A stretch of 32,000 bases of DNA from Pseudoalteromonas translucida KMM 520 (GTDB taxonomy: Bacteria; Pseudomonadota; Gammaproteobacteria; Enterobacterales; Alteromonadaceae): contig NZ_CP011034.1 in the NCBI RefSeq assembly GCF_001465295.1, forward strand, positions 2,310,001 to 2,342,000. Direction: 5' to 3'. Below, in pieces: positions 27,272 through 32,000 of the stretch. A program made the position numbers and the translations under genes. Below the pieces are notes generated by a model, which saw only the letters and a list, made by a program, of their open reading frames with translations, did no database searches and was not told the origin of the DNA. The first letter of the stretch is position 1. Each line of letters starts with the position of its first letter.

Positions 27272-28294
27272 TTATGGCTTATTTAATTGCTCAAGTGCTT
27301 TAATACGGCTTTTCATTTCAGAAAGGTTACGCAAGTGAGCGATTGATTTACGCCATTCTTTGTTTGTAGTATGAGGTATACCAGATGAATAGATACCTGG
27401 CTCGGTGATTGATTTTGTCACCATACTCATACCCGTAATTATAACACCATCACAGACGCTCATGTGACCATTAATTGCTGTCATACCACCAATTTGGCAG
27501 TTTTTACCTATGGTGACACTACCAGCAAGTACAGTACAACCAGCAATAGCTGTGCCTGAGTTAACTTCAACGTTATGTGCTATTTGGCATTGGTTATCAA
27601 TAATTACATTGCTATGGATAATAGTATCGTCAAGTGCGCCACGATCAATCGTAGTACTTGCGCCAATTTCAACTTTATCACCAATAATAACAGAGCCAAG
27701 CTGAGGGATTTTAATCCATTGCCCACGTTCATTAGCATAACCAAAACCATCACTACCTATAACGCTGTTGGCTTGCAACAAACAATCTGAGCCAATTTCA
27801 ACATCATGATAAATAGTTACATTCGACCAAAGCTTAGTGCCTGAGCCTATTTTAACACCTTCACCAATAAAACTGTTCGGACCAATTTGTACGTTATCGT
27901 TAATTATCGCATTGCTTTCAATTACCGTATTAGCGCCAATAGCGGCACTTTTACTTACTGTCGCATTTGGGTGAACAACCGCACTTGGATGAATACCTGT
28001 TGCGGCAGAGCGTGGCGTCGTATCCATTAACTGCGCAAGCTTGGCGTAACTTACATACGGATTAGAAACTATTAGTTTATTGCCGTTAAAGTAAGGAGCA
28101 TCTGCTTCACTAACAATGACGGCACTGGCTTGAGTAGCTTCAAGTTGCGAGCGATATTTCTTATTCGCTAAAAATGCAATATGCCCTGAGCGGGCATGTG
28201 CAAGTGTTGCTATTTTTGTTATTTCTAAAGCGCCATCACCTTGCAGCTCGGCGCTTAGAAGTTCCGCTATTTGCGAAAGCGTATAATTTTGCAT
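27272..28294 (-). CDS. lpxD: UDP-3-O-acylglucosamine N-acyltransferase
   Basis: It is 340 aa with a hexapeptide-repeat LbH domain. Its position is skp-lpxD-fabZ. Confidence 0.9.
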   Translation of the reverse strand: MQNYTLSQIAELLSAELQGDGALEITKIATLAHARSGHIAFLANKKYRSQLEATQASAVIVSEADAPYFNGNKLIVSNPYVSYAKLAQLMDTTPRSAATGIHPSAVVHPNATVSKSAAIGANTVIESNAIINDNVQIGPNSFIGEGVKIGSGTKLWSNVTIYHDVEIGSDCLLQANSVIGSDGFGYANERGQWIKIPQLGSVIIGDKVEIGASTTIDRGALDDTIIHSNVIIDNQCQIAHNVEVNSGTAIAGCTVLAGSVTIGKNCQIGGMTAINGHMSVCDGVIITGMSMVTKSITEPGIYSSGIPHTTNKEWRKSIAHLRNLSEMKSRIKALEQLNKP

Positions 28295-28301
28295 AACTTA
28301 A

Positions 28302-28820
28302 TTATTTCTTACTCACTGCAGCAACTACTTTATTAGAAAGGTCAGTTACTTTTTTAGGGTTAAAGTAAATAGTTGTATCTTTAACCTTAACTTCATCAAA
28401 GTCGCCATCTTTAGCAATGTCTTCAATTGTTTTAATAATTAAACCCTGCACTTTTGCAAGTTCTTGGTTTTGGCGTGCTTTAATTTCTTGTTCAAGTGGA
28501 CGACCTACTTCAGCAAGGTTTTTTTGCATACCCTGAATTTTGTCACGCAGTTTATCTTTTTGCGCTTGGCTCATAGTGGTACTTTCACGCTTGAATTTTT
28601 CAGCTTCAAAGCGAATATCGCCTTGTAGCTTTTCTAACTCTTGACGGCGCTCTGCAAACTCTGTTTGTAGAGATTGCTCAATTTTAGCCATTTGTGGTAT
28701 TTGCTTGTAGATTTCTTGCATGTCTACAATACCTACTTTATGTGCAAATGCACTTACCGAGGTGCCCATCATAAGTGTTGCTAAAACAGCTACTGCCGTT
28801 GATTTAAATAATTTATTCAC
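28302..28820 (-). CDS. skp: Periplasmic chaperone Skp (OmpH)
   Basis: It is 172 aa with a signal peptide and a Lys/Glu/Gln-rich coiled-coil. It sits between bamA and lpxD. Confidence 0.85.
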   Translation of the reverse strand: MNKLFKSTAVAVLATLMMGTSVSAFAHKVGIVDMQEIYKQIPQMAKIEQSLQTEFAERRQELEKLQGDIRFEAEKFKRESTTMSQAQKDKLRDKIQGMQKNLAEVGRPLEQEIKARQNQELAKVQGLIIKTIEDIAKDGDFDEVKVKDTTIYFNPKKVTDLSNKVVAAVSKK

Positions 28821-28831
28821 AAAAAACTCCT

Positions 28832-31303
28832 TTAAAAGCTGTTACTAATATTAAAACTGATGGTCTTCGTATCGTCATCTTCTTCTTTTTGCAATGGATA
28901 CGCAAAACTAATCAGCATTGGACCCATTGGAGAGATCCACTGTAATGATAAACCGGTTGAAACCCTAAAACGCATTGGATCAGAGTAATCATCTAATTTA
29001 GCTCGCTCATCGGCTGCTAAGTTTTGGTAACGGTCTACGTTAAACTCAGTATCCCATACGTTAGCAGCATCAACAAAGAAGCTGGTACGTACTGAACTGG
29101 TATTTTCTTCATCTAAAAACGGTGTTGGTACAATTAATTCCATACCTGCTACCGCTTTAGCATTACCACCAATTCGACCTTGCGGTACTAGCACATCAAA
29201 TTCAGATGAGCCGCCTATATTACCTGTGGTTGAGCCATCTGGTAAAGGTGTACCCGGAATTGATTGCGGTATACGTGCAATTGCGCGTGGTAAAATTGTA
29301 TTTCGGTCAAAACCACGTAGTTCCATTTCAGTAATACGGAAGTATTCTTGGAATGGCAGTACTTGGTCGTAGCCGTTAGTTGAGCCATAACCATTACCGT
29401 AACCTAACGCCGCACGGGTTGAGAACACCCAGCGATGATCGTTCGATATTGGCCAGTAAAAACGCGAGTCGTAGTTTAACTTAAAGTATTTTAAGTCAGA
29501 GTTCGGCGTTGTTGCTGTTAAGTTTAGCGTTTGACGTGAGCCCGCTGTTGGGAATAAACCACGGTTTACCGTAACGCGAGACCAGCCTGCACTTAACTCA
29601 TATTTAGTAAAGTCAAAACCAGCATCTGGGTTGTCTTGATCTAAGAAGGTTTCACGCAGTACACGCGTTTGCTCGTACTCTGCAATATCTGAAAGCTCTT
29701 CTTGAATCCAACGAACACCAAAGTTAATACGATTAACCGCATCAATTGGGAAGCCTATATTAGTCCCCAATCCATAGCTTTTCGACTTATAGTCGATCAA
29801 ACTAAACTTACTTGCATCGTAGTTACTGTAAAAAATACTGCTACCTTGCGATACGCCATCTGGCGTGAAGTATGGGTCGGTATAAGACACGCTCACACGC
29901 TCAGAACCACGCGAGGTATTAATATTAAAGCCTATTTGATTACCAGTACCTAAAAAGTTAGATTCTGTTACACCAATATTAAACTGTAAACCTAGGTATG
30001 AGCCGTACGCTAAGCCGGCATTAAAGCTACCAGCCGACTGCTCTTTAACCGTAAAATCAACATCTACTTGGTCATCAACACCTGGGACTGGCACAACGTT
30101 AAAATCAACTTTTTCCATATAAGGTAAACGCTGAATTTGTAACTTTGAACGCTCTAAGCTTTGGTTAGACAACCATGCGCCTTCAAGCTGTGTCATTTCG
30201 CGACGCAGCACTTCATCAGCAGTACTTTGGTTACCACCAACAATAATACGACGCACATAAACACGCTTACCAGGGTTAACCGATAAGGTTAGTTGTACTT
30301 CTTGATTTTCGTCATCAATTTGCGGAATTGTACGTACTTCGGCATTGGCATAACCAAAACGCGCTAAGTAGCTTTTTATAAATTCTTCTGAAGAGGTAAC
30401 CACTGAGCCGTTATATAACTCTCCCGCTCGTAGTGGAATAACACTTTTAATTAAGTCTTCGCGGCCAAGTAAGTCACCAATAAAGTCAAAACCTTTAACT
30501 TTATATTTAACCCCTTCAGTTAAGTTAGCGGTAACGTATACAGACTCACGCTCTGGGCTAACCGACACTTGGGTAGAGTCTATATTAAAACGTAGGTAAC
30601 CACGGTCTAAATAAAAGCTACGAATTTTTTCTAAATCGCCTTCAATGGTTTGTTTTTGGTAGCGGTCGCTGCCCATAAACTGCCACCAAGGTAAGTCTTG
30701 TTGCGACTCAGCCAGTTGTAATAGCTCTTCATTAGAAAAAAGTTCATTACCTACCAAGTTAATTTGACGAATTGATGCAGCATCACCTTCATCAAATTTT
30801 AATTTAAGTTTAACCCGGTTACGCGGCAGTTTAGTGATACTAATATCTACTTTAGCGTTGTATTTACCAATACTATGGAAAAATTCAGTTAAGCCTTTTT
30901 CTATATTATCAATAACGGTTTTATCTAGTGGTTCGCCTTGGCGAATATTTTGCTGATCAAGTGACTGATTAAGCTGCTCATCTTTAATATCTTTATTTCC
31001 ATCAAACTCAATAAAGCTAATTGTTGGGCGTTCAGTTACTTTAAAAACAACGTTATTACCGTCGCGTAGCGCTTTTATATTGTCAAAGTGACCTGAGCGA
31101 TAGAGAGACTTGATTGTTTTTGAAATCGTGTACTCATCAACATTATCGCCCACGTTAATAGGAATATGCGTTAATGCAGCACCCAGTGCTACACGCTGTA
31201 AACCTTCAACTTTGAGATCTTCAACAATAAAGGAGTTTTGGCCTAGGGCTGCAAAGCTTGCACCCAATAAACTTGAAACTACCAAATGTTTTTTTATAGC
31301 CAT
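28832..31303 (-). CDS. bamA: Outer membrane protein assembly factor BamA
   Basis: It has a POTRA-repeat N-terminal half and a C-terminal beta-barrel ending in F. The start is set at ATG 31303 (MAIKKHLVVSSLLGASFAALG signal peptide) rather than the track start at 31345. Confidence 0.9.
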   Translation of the reverse strand: MAIKKHLVVSSLLGASFAALGQNSFIVEDLKVEGLQRVALGAALTHIPINVGDNVDEYTISKTIKSLYRSGHFDNIKALRDGNNVVFKVTERPTISFIEFDGNKDIKDEQLNQSLDQQNIRQGEPLDKTVIDNIEKGLTEFFHSIGKYNAKVDISITKLPRNRVKLKLKFDEGDAASIRQINLVGNELFSNEELLQLAESQQDLPWWQFMGSDRYQKQTIEGDLEKIRSFYLDRGYLRFNIDSTQVSVSPERESVYVTANLTEGVKYKVKGFDFIGDLLGREDLIKSVIPLRAGELYNGSVVTSSEEFIKSYLARFGYANAEVRTIPQIDDENQEVQLTLSVNPGKRVYVRRIIVGGNQSTADEVLRREMTQLEGAWLSNQSLERSKLQIQRLPYMEKVDFNVVPVPGVDDQVDVDFTVKEQSAGSFNAGLAYGSYLGLQFNIGVTESNFLGTGNQIGFNINTSRGSERVSVSYTDPYFTPDGVSQGSSIFYSNYDASKFSLIDYKSKSYGLGTNIGFPIDAVNRINFGVRWIQEELSDIAEYEQTRVLRETFLDQDNPDAGFDFTKYELSAGWSRVTVNRGLFPTAGSRQTLNLTATTPNSDLKYFKLNYDSRFYWPISNDHRWVFSTRAALGYGNGYGSTNGYDQVLPFQEYFRITEMELRGFDRNTILPRAIARIPQSIPGTPLPDGSTTGNIGGSSEFDVLVPQGRIGGNAKAVAGMELIVPTPFLDEENTSSVRTSFFVDAANVWDTEFNVDRYQNLAADERAKLDDYSDPMRFRVSTGLSLQWISPMGPMLISFAYPLQKEEDDDTKTISFNISNSF

Positions 31304-31399
31304 TTTATTATATTTATCCTTTACAACTGTATTACCGCTTAGCATCGAAAAGTAAATTTACGAGCTGTACAATCGTGGTTCTAATTAGTCATTGTCACG

Positions 31400-32000
31400 T
31401 TAAAACGACAAACGCGATACATCATTGAACAAAGCGAAACATGTTAAAAAAATGAGTAGTAACGCACCCACTTTAAAACCAAACTCTTGTGTCTTTTCAG
31501 AGACTGGCTTTTTACGAAAAAGTTCAATTATGTAATACATTAAGTGTCCGCCATCAAGCACTGGCAAGGGTAATAAATTAAATACCCCCAAGTTAACACT
31601 GATCAGTGCTAAAAAGCTTAAAAACGCAACGAAACCGTAGCTTACGCTAGTCCCCGCGCCTACGGCAATGCCTACTGGACCACTTAAATTTTTAACCGAA
31701 ATCTGGCCTGTAATTAAATTACCTATCATATCAAAGCTAAGGGTAATTAATCGCCACGTTTCTTTACTCCCTCGCACAATACTATCGAGCGGGCCATAAT
31801 GTCTAGTTTCTATATAACCTTGCGGCCATTTTTCTACTATGGGTGCAACCCCTAAAAAGCCTTGCTCTATGCCCTGAGCGTCAACTCTACCTTGAGGTGT
31901 TACCGATATTATTTTTATAGTGTCTTGTCTTTTTACACTAAATTGTAATGATTTGTTAGCCGATTGGGTAATAAGATTAACTAATTGCTGCCAACTGCTT
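31400..32000 (-). CDS. rseP: RIP zinc metalloprotease RseP, C-terminal part (5' end outside the window)
   Basis: It has the C-terminal NLLPLPVLDGGHL motif. The reading frame stays open upstream of the track's internal GTG, out to the window edge. Its position upstream of bamA is canonical. Confidence 0.85.
   Translation of the reverse strand, partial: SSWQQLVNLITQSANKSLQFSVKRQDTIKIISVTPQGRVDAQGIEQGFLGVAPIVEKWPQGYIETRHYGPLDSIVRGSKETWRLITLSFDMIGNLITGQISVKNLSGPVGIAVGAGTSVSYGFVAFLSFLALISVNLGVFNLLPLPVLDGGHLMYYIIELFRKKPVSEKTQEFGFKVGALLLIFLTCFALFNDVSRLSF

Noticed and set aside
5162-32000. CRISPR arrays, tRNA or rRNA genes, integrases or IS elements in the core region
   Set aside because: Reading the intergenic regions showed no regularly spaced direct repeats, tRNA-like cloverleaf candidates or transposase ORFs. 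All large ORFs are accounted for by housekeeping genes.

Overview
This is a chromosomal window from an AT-rich gammaproteobacterium. Gene order and protein sequences look Alteromonadales/Pseudoalteromonas-like, but that is inference only. Positions 1-5161 are the tnsA-proximal (right) end of a Tn7-like transposon, cut by the window start. It carries tnsA-tnsB-tnsC on the minus strand, with a short 333-aa TnsC. Next comes a roughly 350-nt structured, locally GC-rich non-coding region, then a very AT-rich retron-like reverse transcriptase. That position, immediately downstream of tnsC, is where tniQ/tnsD normally sits. The element ends in TGTTG at about 5161, 17 nt past the 3' end of the 4.5S/SRP RNA gene ffs (5178-5291, minus). 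ffs is a documented attachment site of type I-F3 CRISPR-associated transposons. A CC PAM plus a 32-nt candidate protospacer inside ffs lies 47 bp from the proposed end. No tniQ, cas genes or CRISPR array are in the window. The rest is housekeeping: a DUF3014-like protein, a patatin-like lipase, a CPA2 antiporter, a GGDEF cyclase, tilS with a translationally coupled small membrane ORF, and accA-dnaE-rnhB-lpxB. A cydA-cydB-cydX-cydD-cydC operon plus an RlpA-like lipoprotein gene then interrupts the usual lpxA-lpxB junction. It is followed by lpxA-fabZ-lpxD-skp-bamA and a partial rseP. The best candidate for something new is the RT/ncRNA module beside the transposition core.
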